A DNA stretch of 64,000 nucleotides, from assembly GCA_964629085.1 (NCBI GenBank), contig CAZVPR010000011.1:2776-66775 (forward strand). Reading direction: 5' to 3'. Positions 37,963 through 46,792 of this stretch are shown one piece after another. How positions within the stretch are numbered: position 1 is the stretch's first letter; every line of letters begins with the position of its first letter. The translations under genes and the position numbers were made by a program. This stretch comes from an uncultured Anaerolineales bacterium (GTDB lineage Bacteria > Chloroflexota > Anaerolineae > Anaerolineales > UBA11858). Under the pieces are notes generated by a model that worked only from the letters and a program-made list of their open reading frames with translations, was not told where the DNA came from and did no database searches.

Positions 37963-38613
37963 ATGTCAAAACGATTGATTCTAGTTGCCGGGAATATTGG
38001 CGCTGGCAAAACATCCCTGACAGAACGAATTGGTGAACGCCTGGGTTGGCGCACGGCCTTCGAGTCGGTTTCAGATAACCCATATCTGTCAGATTTTTAT
38101 GGCGATATGCAGAAATGGTCCTTCCATTTGCAAGTGTTCTTCCTCGGACATCGCGCCGAACAGCATCTGGAATTGGCCAACAGCCCTCAATCTGCCATTG
38201 CCGACCGCAGCATCTATGAAGACGCTTATATTTTCGCCAGAGCGTTGCACCATCTCGGAAACCTCACTGAGAGGGATTACCTGGCATATCGGCGTGTCTT
38301 CGAATTTACTACCAAAGGGCTGCCTTCTCCGGACCTGTTGATCTATTTGAAAGCTCCCGTTTCTGTTTTGTTGCAGCGGATCAATCGGCGCGGTAGAGAG
38401 ATGGAAAGTGGTATTACGGATGATTATCTTTCTTTGTTGGAGTCATTTTATGATGATTGGATCAACAGCTTCGATATTTGTCCGGTTTTGACGATCAGTT
38501 CTGGCGATTTGGATTTTGTCCACAAGAAAGGTCATTTGGATATAGTAGTACAGCGTATCCAGGATAAATTGGCTGGCAAAGAAGAAATTGTTTTTCCAGC
38601 TAATGGTGAGTAA
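37963..38613 (+). CDS. Deoxynucleoside kinase (dAK/dGK/dCK family)
   Basis: P-loop GNIGAGKTSL, ERS-type motif ADRSIYED, LID region RINRRGREME. AGGAG lies 8 nt before ATG 37963. Confidence 0.85.
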   Translation: MSKRLILVAGNIGAGKTSLTERIGERLGWRTAFESVSDNPYLSDFYGDMQKWSFHLQVFFLGHRAEQHLELANSPQSAIADRSIYEDAYIFARALHHLGNLTERDYLAYRRVFEFTTKGLPSPDLLIYLKAPVSVLLQRINRRGREMESGITDDYLSLLESFYDDWINSFDICPVLTISSGDLDFVHKKGHLDIVVQRIQDKLAGKEEIVFPANGE

Positions 38614-38644
38614 TCTGTAGTTTGGCCTGCTGCACATATTGAAG

Positions 38645-38671
38645 AACCTCCCGCACCCACGGGAGGTTTTT
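38645..38671 (+). terminator. Rho-independent terminator
   Basis: aacctcccg / cgggaggtt stem followed by ttttt. Confidence 0.8.
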
Positions 38672-38752
38672 ACTTAGATTTTACACCCCGTTTTACCTTC
38701 GATGATCTTGGGCGCTTATCCTATAGGCGTACAAACGATATGGAGGTTTACC

Positions 38753-39826
38753 ATGATTACCAAAACAATTTTTCCTTTCTCTCTTGCCCTGATTTGTTTT
38801 CTCATTTTTAACGGAGTGGCGCTGGCGGGTGAAGGTTCACCTCAAAGAGATGCCCAGGCTGTTTATGGCGAGATTGTCGCTATGGGCATTGGAGATTTTA
38901 CGGTACAAAACTCCGAGGGTGAGCAGATTGTTTACCTGGTTGACGATAGCACTCGTTTTCGTTCCGTCACTCTCGAAGCTCCAGGTTTCGATGATTTACA
39001 AGAGGAATCAAAAGTAGCCATTTTTACTCGGCAAGGTGATGGAACCAATTTGATCGCCAGAATGGTCATATTGCTCCCCGATGAATTTGATCCTGACCAA
39101 TGGGCCTCAATCCGTGTTCGGGGCGAGATCACAAATGTAGACACCGTTGCAAGTAGTTTTTCGGTGCAAACCCAGGATGGCGAAGAAACCACATTTTTTG
39201 CTGACGAGCATACACGCTTCTTAGGACAGGTTTCAAATTTGAGTGATCTTCAAATGGGTTGGAAAGTTGCGGTAGGTGGTACAGAGAATGATGATGGAAG
39301 CTTTTTGGCGAAGCTGGTTGGAAGAGCTGAGCTTGAAAACAACGACTCGAAAGCAGGCACCATTAGTGAAGTGAATCTTACTCAAGGGACCTTTTCGTTG
39401 AGTACCCGTCAGGATGAAGATGTGAATGTCACCGTGGATGAAAATACCAAATTCCGCAGTCGGGACCAACAAATCCAGGGCCTCGTTGATATTGAGCCAA
39501 ATATGGTAGCCGTTGTGATTGGTGAATACCAGGAAGACGGTTCATTCCTTGCCACTCAGGTCGCTGCTGGGAACGAAGATGACTTGCCCAATTTCGATGT
39601 CAAAATTGGTGGCACAGTTGACACTATTGCCGGCGATTCACTTACAATACAATCCCGCTCTGGCGAAGAAATCACTTTTTTGATTGATGATGAGACAAAA
39701 TTCCAGGGTCGGGGTGGAGTATCCAGTCTAGAAGACTTGGAATCCGGGATGACAGTGCTGGTGGGCGGATTTGAAAACGAAGATGGATTACCTCTGGCTA
39801 AACTTGTTTTTTGCTGGAAAGAATAA
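38753..39826 (+). CDS. Secreted protein with four tandem ~75-85-aa beta-rich repeats (possibly DUF5666-type)
   Basis: Signal peptide MITKTIFPFSLALICFLIFNGVALA. Four repeats each contain GxI/V...F.V/L.....E....V/F.DD/E.T+F......L.DL..G..V.V.G....DGS.LA..V (DDSTRFRS, DEHTRFLG, DENTKFRS, DDETKFQG). GGAGG lies before ATG 38753. Confidence 0.7.
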   Translation: MITKTIFPFSLALICFLIFNGVALAGEGSPQRDAQAVYGEIVAMGIGDFTVQNSEGEQIVYLVDDSTRFRSVTLEAPGFDDLQEESKVAIFTRQGDGTNLIARMVILLPDEFDPDQWASIRVRGEITNVDTVASSFSVQTQDGEETTFFADEHTRFLGQVSNLSDLQMGWKVAVGGTENDDGSFLAKLVGRAELENNDSKAGTISEVNLTQGTFSLSTRQDEDVNVTVDENTKFRSRDQQIQGLVDIEPNMVAVVIGEYQEDGSFLATQVAAGNEDDLPNFDVKIGGTVDTIAGDSLTIQSRSGEEITFLIDDETKFQGRGGVSSLEDLESGMTVLVGGFENEDGLPLAKLVFCWKE

Positions 39827-39865
39827 AGATTGAGTCCGCCCCCATTGTATAAAACACAACTGATC

Positions 39866-39903
39866 AAAAATCCCAGGTGTAGTTAAAATAGCCTGGGATT
39901 TTT
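39866..39903. terminator. Bidirectional terminator between convergent genes
   Basis: aaaaatcccagg ... cctgggattttt. Perfect 7-bp GC core with an A-run and a T-run on either side. Confidence 0.75.
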
Positions 39904-39925
39904 ACTTTATGTAATTTAAAATCAA

Positions 39926-40924
39926 TTAGAGCACAAAATTCTTCAATATCGTATCCACGATCAAACCCAACAAAAACCAGCCCCCAAAACGACGGTTGTG
40001 TTGAAAAGCGGCAGCCACGAAATAATTCGGCCACACATCGGGATAATTTTCTGGTTTTTCATCGGGCTTGGGGGTCTGGAACATGGGCCAGATTTGGCGG
40101 AAAACAGGAAGGGCCAGAATGACAATGAGCAGAACCGGGGTGAAAAATCCAGTAATGATCAGGAATAGCGTGAAAAAATACTGCAGAATTAACATGCCAA
40201 TTACTGTGTACCGCGAAAGTTTTTCACCCAGGAGTACTGGCAACGTGTAAATTTTCTTGGCTTTGTCGACCTCGAATTTGTCGATGTGTTTTCCAAAGAT
40301 CACGCCCGTCACGCCTAAAGCATAGGGCAAGCTAGCGATGACCACATTCCAATCCCAAAAACCAGTTATTTCGTAGAAGCCTCCACCGATTATCAGGGGG
40401 CCCCAGACGATCAGCACGGCAATTTCACCCAGAGCAATGTATTTCAGCGGCCAGGTGTAAAACAAAACGAAGAAGGCTCCCAAGACCATCAAAGTAAGCG
40501 TGAAACCTCCTCGCATGAAAACTAGAGCGATCCCTCAAGCGGCTGCCAAAAACCCGGTAACAATAGCATAGGTGAGCATTTGCCGTTTATTCAGCAGGCC
40601 ATGAACCAGGGGTTGAGGGCCATATTGTGAACGATAATAATTGTCCTGATCTACTCCGCGGGAATAATCGGTGTAATCATTGAGCAGGTTATTGGTGGCA
40701 TGCGCCAGAATCAACCCCAAGGTAACCAGAATCCAGGAGAGCCAGTCGAAACTTCCAGCTCTAAAAGCAAAGATTCCAGCCAGCGCGGCAGAGAGAAAGG
40801 TCATTACCAAAACCGCTGCGCGGGTTGCTATCAACCATTTTGAGATGATATCCAGGACATCCCATTCATCTTTACTTATGCGTGGAATGACTTGTAAGGC
40901 TTTTCGCCACATGGCGACGTTCAT
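39926..40924 (-). pseudogene. UbiA/MenA-family polyprenyltransferase interrupted by a single in-frame TGA (40535-40537)
   Basis: Two ORFs (40535-40924 and 39926-40516) are in the same frame. The N-terminal part carries the NxxxDxxxD-type motif NNLLNDYTDYSRGVD. Reading through gives a continuous TM helix ...VTGFLAAA-[TGA]-GIALVFMRGGFTL. There is no SD before the downstream ATG 40516. Confidence 0.7.
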
Positions 40925-40959
40925 TATATTTCCTCCAATAAATCGGATATTTCAAGTCA

Positions 40960-41000
40960 AATTATAATAATGAACCCGCCTCGAGTCATGAAGCGGGTTC
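40960..41000 (-). terminator. Terminator-like hairpin after the aminotransferase gene
   Basis: gaacccgc / gcgggttc 8-bp stem (40972-40979 / 40993-41000). On the minus strand it is followed by A/T-rich attattataattt. Confidence 0.5.
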
Positions 41001-41018
41001 CTCAGAATTATTCTAGGA

Positions 41019-42227
41019 TTATTGGCAATCTTGGAGCACTTTCTTTAGGGAATTTGCCACGATCTCTACCTGTTCCTCGGTCATGACGCCCGAAAATGGG
41101 ATTGCCAAACCGCGCTTTCCTAAATCTTCCGTGATTGGGTAATCTCCCTCTTTATACCCAAATCGTTCGACCATATAGGGTTGCAGGTGGATAGGAATAA
41201 AATAGGGTCGGTTGGGAATTCCGCAGGCTGTAAGCTCTCTAGCAACCACATCTCGATCGATATGTGGTTTGAATCGAATCACGTAAACAAACCAGCTCAT
41301 GCGAGTAGTTTCGGACAAAATGGTTGGAATTTCGATTCCAGGGATTTCTGTTAACCTGTCCTGATACCAATCGGCAACTTGCTGACGCTTGGAGAGTAAC
41401 TCTTCCAGGCGTTCCATTTGCACCCGACCGACTGCCGCACTCATCTCATTCATGCGATAGTTATATCCCAAAAAAGTATGTTGCAGCCAGGTATCTCCCG
41501 GGGAACGGCCTTGGTTGCGCATGGCGCAGATCATATCTGCGGCCTGGTCGTTGTCAGTGATGATTACTGCCCCCTCTCCGGTTGTGATTTGTTTGTTGGG
41601 ATAAAATGCGAAAACGCCAAAGTCTCCCAATGTGCCAGCATGACGGTTCTTATATTTTGCACCCAGTGCTTCACAAGAATCTTCGATTACGGGCAGTTGG
41701 AATTGATACGCGGTTTTTTGGATAGCATCCATGTCCGCTGGTTGACCGAAAACGTCCACGGGGAGGATTCCCTTCAAGGGAGCATGGTTTTCAACACCCT
41801 TGCGTGGCAGCCATTTTTTAGCTGCTGCTCCGCCCTGGGTTAAATCTTCGGCTGCTTGTTGGACTTTCACAGGATCGATATTTCCGGTCAGTGGATCGAT
41901 ATCTACAAATATTGGTACAGCCCGTTCAAAAAGCAGCACGTTGGAAGATGCCACGAAGGAGAATGGTGTAGTAATAACCAGATCTCCATCACTGATCCCG
42001 GTGGCCCTTACACATAGATGTAAACCGGATGTCCCGGAACTGACCGCAATGGCATGGTTGCTGCCTGAATATTCGACGATCGTCTCTTCAAATGCAGTAA
42101 TTTCAGGTCCCATGCTGAGCCATTTCGTCTCCAATACCCTGGCAACGGCGTCTCTTTCGGTCGCGCTAATATCGGGGGAAGACATGGGAACTAGGGGCTT
42201 CGATGATTTCGTATTTGTGTTGTTCAA
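41019..42227 (-). CDS. DegT/DnrJ/EryC1/StrS-family PLP-dependent sugar aminotransferase
   Basis: Family pattern SSGTSGLHL, IEDSCEALGAKY, and the PLP-lysine region FAFYPNKQITTGEGA. The start could also be the internal M at 42185. Confidence 0.88.
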   Translation of the reverse strand: MNNTNTKSSKPLVPMSSPDISATERDAVARVLETKWLSMGPEITAFEETIVEYSGSNHAIAVSSGTSGLHLCVRATGISDGDLVITTPFSFVASSNVLLFERAVPIFVDIDPLTGNIDPVKVQQAAEDLTQGGAAAKKWLPRKGVENHAPLKGILPVDVFGQPADMDAIQKTAYQFQLPVIEDSCEALGAKYKNRHAGTLGDFGVFAFYPNKQITTGEGAVIITDNDQAADMICAMRNQGRSPGDTWLQHTFLGYNYRMNEMSAAVGRVQMERLEELLSKRQQVADWYQDRLTEIPGIEIPTILSETTRMSWFVYVIRFKPHIDRDVVARELTACGIPNRPYFIPIHLQPYMVERFGYKEGDYPITEDLGKRGLAIPFSGVMTEEQVEIVANSLKKVLQDCQ

Positions 42228-42332
42228 TGTTACACCTGGTAATGTTTTTATTTGCGCAAACCAAAATCATTTTCCAGACTCAATTTGCGGAAATGAATCT
42301 TACCATACCTGTCTCTATGATAAAATCACGCC

Positions 42333-42962
42333 ATGTTCTTTCCCCAAGGTATACCGATTTCCAAACGGATTTTTGACCTAGTGTTGACCATTCCGGGGCT
42401 GATTCTGATATCACCGATTTTGCTAATCGTCATGGTCTTGGTGCGAATATTTCACGGCAGCCCAATATTGTTTAGCCAGGTTCGGCCAGGATATCGGGGG
42501 GACCTGTTTACTGTCTATAAGTTTCGCACGATGACGGATCAGCGTGATGCTTCAGGTAATTTGCTGCCTGATGAAAAGCGCCTGACAGGCTTAGGACGTT
42601 TCCTGCGCGCAACCAGCCTGGATGAATTGCCCGAACTCTTGCTAGTTATGCGCGGTCAGATGAGCCTGGTAGGGCCGCGACCGCTGCTGGTTCAATATCT
42701 TGAGCGCTACTCGAGCGAGCAGGCCCGTCGTCACGATGTCTTGCCTGGCATAACCGGTTGGGCTCAGATCAATGGGCGCAATGCTCTTACCTGGGAGGAT
42801 AAATTTCATTTGGATGTATGGTATGTGGATACCTGGTCGCTTTGGCTGGACATCAAAATCCTGGTGCTAACCCTTTGGAAGGTGATCAAGCGCGAGGGCA
42901 TCAGCCAGCCAGGCCATGCTACAGCTGAAGAGTTTATGGGAAATCAGGCAGCTGACAACTAA
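42333..42962 (+). CDS. Small monotopic polyprenyl-phosphate sugar-phosphate transferase (PglC/WbaP C-terminal 'bacterial sugar transferase' family)
   Basis: KRIFDLVLTIPGLILISPILL re-entrant helix, KFRTM, LDELPELLLVMRGQMSLVGPRPL. Confidence 0.88.
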   Translation: MFFPQGIPISKRIFDLVLTIPGLILISPILLIVMVLVRIFHGSPILFSQVRPGYRGDLFTVYKFRTMTDQRDASGNLLPDEKRLTGLGRFLRATSLDELPELLLVMRGQMSLVGPRPLLVQYLERYSSEQARRHDVLPGITGWAQINGRNALTWEDKFHLDVWYVDTWSLWLDIKILVLTLWKVIKREGISQPGHATAEEFMGNQAADN

Positions 42963-42983
42963 CAAACTGGATATTTCGAATCA

Positions 42984-43880
42984 ATGAACTATACTGGCGA
43001 GATTGCCGCGCTGGCCACATCGGTGGCCTTTTCTTTTGGGTCGACGTTTTTGACCATTGCCGGGCGACGCGTCGGCTCAATGGTGCTCAATCGCACCCGT
43101 TTAGTGCTTTCAATCGTATTTTTGGTTTTCACACATTGGATCGTGTTGGGAATCCCATTCCCTTTCCAGGCGGGTTCAGATCGCTGGCTTTGGTTAGGGT
43201 TATCGGGAATTGTAGGTTTGGTGATCGGTGATTTCTTTCTCTTTCAGGCGTTTGTCTGGATAGGGCCGCGATTGTCGATGTTGATGATGAGCCTGGCCCC
43301 GGTGATCGCTGCTTTTCAGGCTTGGATTTTCCTCGAGGAGACCATTTCATTAATGCAAATGGGAGCAATTCTGCTAACCTTGGGCGGGGTAGCCTGGGTC
43401 GTGATGGGGCGCAACCCCAGTGGAAACAACACGGACCGAAATTATGCCCGGGGTATTCTCTTTGGTCTGGTAGGCGCTATAGGTCAGGCAACTGGTTTGG
43501 TATTAGCAAAAAATGGCTTGGGCGGTGATTTCTCCCCAATTTCAGCAAACCTGATCCGCATGGTTGCTGCAGCGATCGTGCTGTGGCTAATTACATTCAT
43601 ACAAGGGGAAGCCAAAGCCACCGTTCAAGCTCTTATCGAAAACCGGCGCGGGGTGTTATTCGTCTTGCTAGGGACCTTTACCGGCCCATTTCTGGGGGTA
43701 TCATTTTCGCTTTTGGCCATTCAGCACGCCGAAGTTGGCATTGCCAGCACATTGATGGCCCTTCCGCCTGTATTATTGTTGCCGATAAGCTTTGTTGTAT
43801 TTAAAGAGCGATATAGTTGGGGTGCAGTTGTTGGAACCCTCCTTGCCATTGCTGGAGTTGCGCTCTTATTCCTGGTTTGA
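42984..43880 (+). CDS. EamA/DMT-superfamily transporter
   Basis: 298 aa, about 10 TM helices in two EamA-like halves. Confidence 0.82.
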   Translation: MNYTGEIAALATSVAFSFGSTFLTIAGRRVGSMVLNRTRLVLSIVFLVFTHWIVLGIPFPFQAGSDRWLWLGLSGIVGLVIGDFFLFQAFVWIGPRLSMLMMSLAPVIAAFQAWIFLEETISLMQMGAILLTLGGVAWVVMGRNPSGNNTDRNYARGILFGLVGAIGQATGLVLAKNGLGGDFSPISANLIRMVAAAIVLWLITFIQGEAKATVQALIENRRGVLFVLLGTFTGPFLGVSFSLLAIQHAEVGIASTLMALPPVLLLPISFVVFKERYSWGAVVGTLLAIAGVALLFLV

Positions 43881-43932
43881 TTTCAATAACTGGTAGAATA
43901 AACTGAATACTGTGCATTGATTGGAGGGAATC

Positions 43933-46542
43933 ATGCCTGGAACAAAAATCACCGTTTTGATTAGCCTGTTTCTGGTGGGGATTTTGGCCTGCAATTTGCC
44001 CGGACGATCGGATACGATAGACGAATCCGAAGTTCAAGTTTTACCCCAAGGAGGCGTGGAACAACCTCAGGAGAATCAGCAGCCCGCCCAAACTGAGTCA
44101 GATGTTTCTCCATCGAGCGTGCCGCCATCATTGGGGGCAGTCATCATGCCAGAAGATTTGGAGTACCTGGGGGCTTTCCGTCTGCCCGATGATCCTAACT
44201 GGGAATACAGTGGCCACGGGTTGACCTACTATCCCGAAGGCGATCTTAATGGCTCGGATGATGGTTATCCCGGCTCCCTTTTCGGTGTGGGACACGATCA
44301 GACATTATTGGTCTCGGAGATTAGTATTCCTCAGCCGGTAGTTTCAAAAAACCTAGATGATCTCAATACTGCCCAAGCCCTGCAACCGTTTGCCGATATC
44401 ACGGGGGGAGCCATTACGGAAGACTTGGCTCTGCCACGGCTTGGTATCGCTTATGAAAGCACGACAGACAAGCTGCATTTTGCTTGGGGTCAGCACATTC
44501 AAGATTTTGAGCCGTCGCATGGCTGGGCTTCATTGGATCTCTCGAACCCACAGACGGCCGGGACGTGGATTTTTGACGGCTACAGCAATTACATTACTAA
44601 TGATTACCTGTTTGAAATCCCACGTAGTTGGGCCGATGTTTATACTCCGGGTCAATACCTGGCTACTGGACGCACCCGTGAAGGCCCCTGGAGTGGAACT
44701 GGGCCAGCCCTGTTTGCGTACGGACCGTGGAACGATGGCAACCCACCAGCTTCCGGTGCAACCCTGACCAGCCTGACCACATTGCTGCTCTACGGTTCGC
44801 AGGAGCCCGGTGTATCGGAAATTGTGCGTGATGAAAGTATGGCGGTCAACGGCCGCTTGAATGCTGACCATTGGTGGGGCGCAGAATGGCTGACATCTGG
44901 CGATCGAGGCGCAGTGATCTTTGTCGGTACTAAGGCATCGGGGAATGATTGGTATGGCTATGCCAATGGGGTAGTATCGCCACAGGGTTGTGCAGAAACC
45001 AATACCTGCCCGGATGTGCCTGAATGGCCTTATGATGACCGCGGTTTTTGGGCCGATGAATTCCAATCCCAGATCATATTTTATGATCCCGCCGATCTGG
45101 CTGCCGTGGCGCGCGGCGAGATGGAAACCTGGCAGCCGCAGCCTTACGCCAGCCTGAATTTGGATGAAAATCTCTTTGATCCCAATCTACACGTTGAGGA
45201 TTACAAGCGTGATCTGGTCGGGGCGGCGGCCTTTGACCGGGAGCATGGATACTTGTTCATTTTCGAGCGCCTGGCCGATGATTACAGGTCAGTGATCCAT
45301 GTTTGGCGAGTTGTTGCAGGAGAATCGTCTTCGAGGCAAAGTGCCCCCAAGGCGGCTTCTTTGGCGGCTGAACCGGTGGATAAGTGGTCACTATGGACCA
45401 ACGGAACACAGCTGCGCGGCGCCAATGTGCACCAGTGGCGCGTGTATCCGGAGTTGGTCGGCACCGAGGTAATCGGCCCTGGCCCGGTGGGGCCACCCCT
45501 TACCCAGGCCGATTTCGATCAAATGGCGGCCATGGGGGCCAATTATGTCAACCTCTCCATTCCGGGCATCTACACTATCAAACCGCCGTTTGAACTTGAC
45601 CAGGGGGTTTTGGACAATATGGATCATGTGCTCGAAATGGTTGCCAATGCCCACATGTACGCGGTGATCAGCTACCGCACTGGCCCGGGCCGCACAGAGT
45701 TTACCTTCTTCTGGGACGAAGTCGACGATTGGTTTGGGCGCGAATATCTTAATGATACGATCTGGTGCGATCAGGCCGCTCAGGATGCCTGGGTGGCCAT
45801 GTGGCGTGATACCGCTGAGCATTACCAAGACCATCCGATCATCGTCGGGTACGATCTGATGGTGGAGCCCAACGCCAATGAAGTGGGTTGTGATGCCCTG
45901 AAAGATAACCTGGATATGTGGGAGCCCGACGAATTTCTGGCTGAGTACGGGGGCTCGCTCTATGATTGGGGTCAGTTGTATCCCAGGATCTCTGCTGCCA
46001 TCCGTGAGGTGGATTCTGAGACGCCGATCATCATTGGGGGGATGGGTTACAGCGCGGTGGATTGGCTGCCTTATTTGGTACCGACTGGTGATCCGCGCAC
46101 GGTCTATGCGGCGCACCAATATATGCCCTATGTCTACACCCATCAAAATCCTGACGATCCCCAGGATTACCCCGGAGTTTACGACCTTGGTTGGGATGGT
46201 GAAGAAGACCAATTCAATCGTGTCTGGCTGGATGACTGGCTATCAACAGTGGATGTGTATCGAGATGAATACGGAGTGCCAGTGGTGATCAATGAGTTTG
46301 GCGGCACGCGCTACAACCCCAATCTGGCTCAATTCATGGATGACCAGATGAGCCTGTTCGAAGAGCGGGGCCTAAACTATGCTTTTTGGGAATGGCCTTC
46401 GTCTTGGGAACCCTTCGTTTCTGATGTGAATGCTTTCAACTTTTTGTTTGGTCCCGACCCGGGAAACAACCAACCCGCTGAGACCAGCGAACTCATCGAG
46501 GTGATCCGCAAGTATTGGGGGAGAAATACGCTCAGGCCTTGA
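43933..46542 (+). CDS. Secreted/lipoprotein glycoside hydrolase: unassigned ~450-aa N-terminal module + C-terminal GH5 (clan GH-A) domain
   Basis: Signal peptide with a possible lipobox (LFLVGILAC). The C-terminal half has GH5-like strands: IVGYDLMVEPN (acid/base region) and VVINEFGG (nucleophile region), plus HQY and FWEW. GGAGGG lies before ATG 43933. Confidence 0.75.
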   Translation: MPGTKITVLISLFLVGILACNLPGRSDTIDESEVQVLPQGGVEQPQENQQPAQTESDVSPSSVPPSLGAVIMPEDLEYLGAFRLPDDPNWEYSGHGLTYYPEGDLNGSDDGYPGSLFGVGHDQTLLVSEISIPQPVVSKNLDDLNTAQALQPFADITGGAITEDLALPRLGIAYESTTDKLHFAWGQHIQDFEPSHGWASLDLSNPQTAGTWIFDGYSNYITNDYLFEIPRSWADVYTPGQYLATGRTREGPWSGTGPALFAYGPWNDGNPPASGATLTSLTTLLLYGSQEPGVSEIVRDESMAVNGRLNADHWWGAEWLTSGDRGAVIFVGTKASGNDWYGYANGVVSPQGCAETNTCPDVPEWPYDDRGFWADEFQSQIIFYDPADLAAVARGEMETWQPQPYASLNLDENLFDPNLHVEDYKRDLVGAAAFDREHGYLFIFERLADDYRSVIHVWRVVAGESSSRQSAPKAASLAAEPVDKWSLWTNGTQLRGANVHQWRVYPELVGTEVIGPGPVGPPLTQADFDQMAAMGANYVNLSIPGIYTIKPPFELDQGVLDNMDHVLEMVANAHMYAVISYRTGPGRTEFTFFWDEVDDWFGREYLNDTIWCDQAAQDAWVAMWRDTAEHYQDHPIIVGYDLMVEPNANEVGCDALKDNLDMWEPDEFLAEYGGSLYDWGQLYPRISAAIREVDSETPIIIGGMGYSAVDWLPYLVPTGDPRTVYAAHQYMPYVYTHQNPDDPQDYPGVYDLGWDGEEDQFNRVWLDDWLSTVDVYRDEYGVPVVINEFGGTRYNPNLAQFMDDQMSLFEERGLNYAFWEWPSSWEPFVSDVNAFNFLFGPDPGNNQPAETSELIEVIRKYWGRNTLRP

Positions 46543-46551
46543 TGTTTTTCG

Positions 46552-46582
46552 AGAAACTCGGATTTTGTCAAAACCGAGTTTC
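46552..46582 (+). terminator. Hairpin just after the GH5 gene
   Basis: gaaactcgg / ccgagtttc 9-bp stem with a 13-nt loop. The T tract is weak. Confidence 0.4.
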
Positions 46583-46701
46583 AAGTCTGAAAATGATTAT
46601 TCCTGGTGCTGTTGCGAAACACATATTTGGGAAATCCCGAAAATCTATCAAGAAATGCACGAGCAAGAATCAACGCCTTGTTTTGCAAAAACAAACCAGT
46701 T

Positions 46702-46792
46702 CATTTTAAAAGTCAACCGGTTGAGTCGCGCGACTCAACCGGTTGACTTGTTTGACTCAAGGGGTCTATTTTAAAAATCAACCTCTTGAGTT
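46702..46792. repeat. Pair of 25-nt direct repeats (46702-46726 and 46768-46792, 22/25 identical), each forming one arm of a hairpin
   Basis: cattttaaaagtcaaccggttgagt versus tattttaaaaatcaacctcttgagt. The complementary arms lie between them (46730-46749 and 46751-46764). Confidence 0.8.
46710..46749. repeat. 40-bp perfect palindrome containing two copies of the 10-bp palindrome CAACCGGTTG
   Basis: aagtcaaccggttgagtcgc|gcgactcaaccggttgactt is a perfect inverted repeat about the 46729/46730 axis. CAACCGGTTG sits at 46714-46723 and 46736-46745. Confidence 0.9.

Noticed and set aside
40535-40537. In-frame TGA in the UbiA gene read as selenocysteine
   Set aside because: I see no convincing SECIS-like hairpin in the 40 nt downstream. 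The position is in the middle of a TM helix, where Sec has no plausible catalytic role. No sel genes are in the window.
41800-42381. 193-aa plus-strand ORF overlapping the 5' part of the DegT aminotransferase and the divergent intergenic region
   Set aside because: It is antisense to a strongly supported aminotransferase and has no motifs. It would also overlap the sugar-transferase start.
45391-46212. 273-aa minus-strand ORF inside the GH5 domain region
   Set aside because: This is the GC-richest part of the window, where long antisense ORFs arise by chance. The sense frame has clear GH5 motifs and the antisense product has none.
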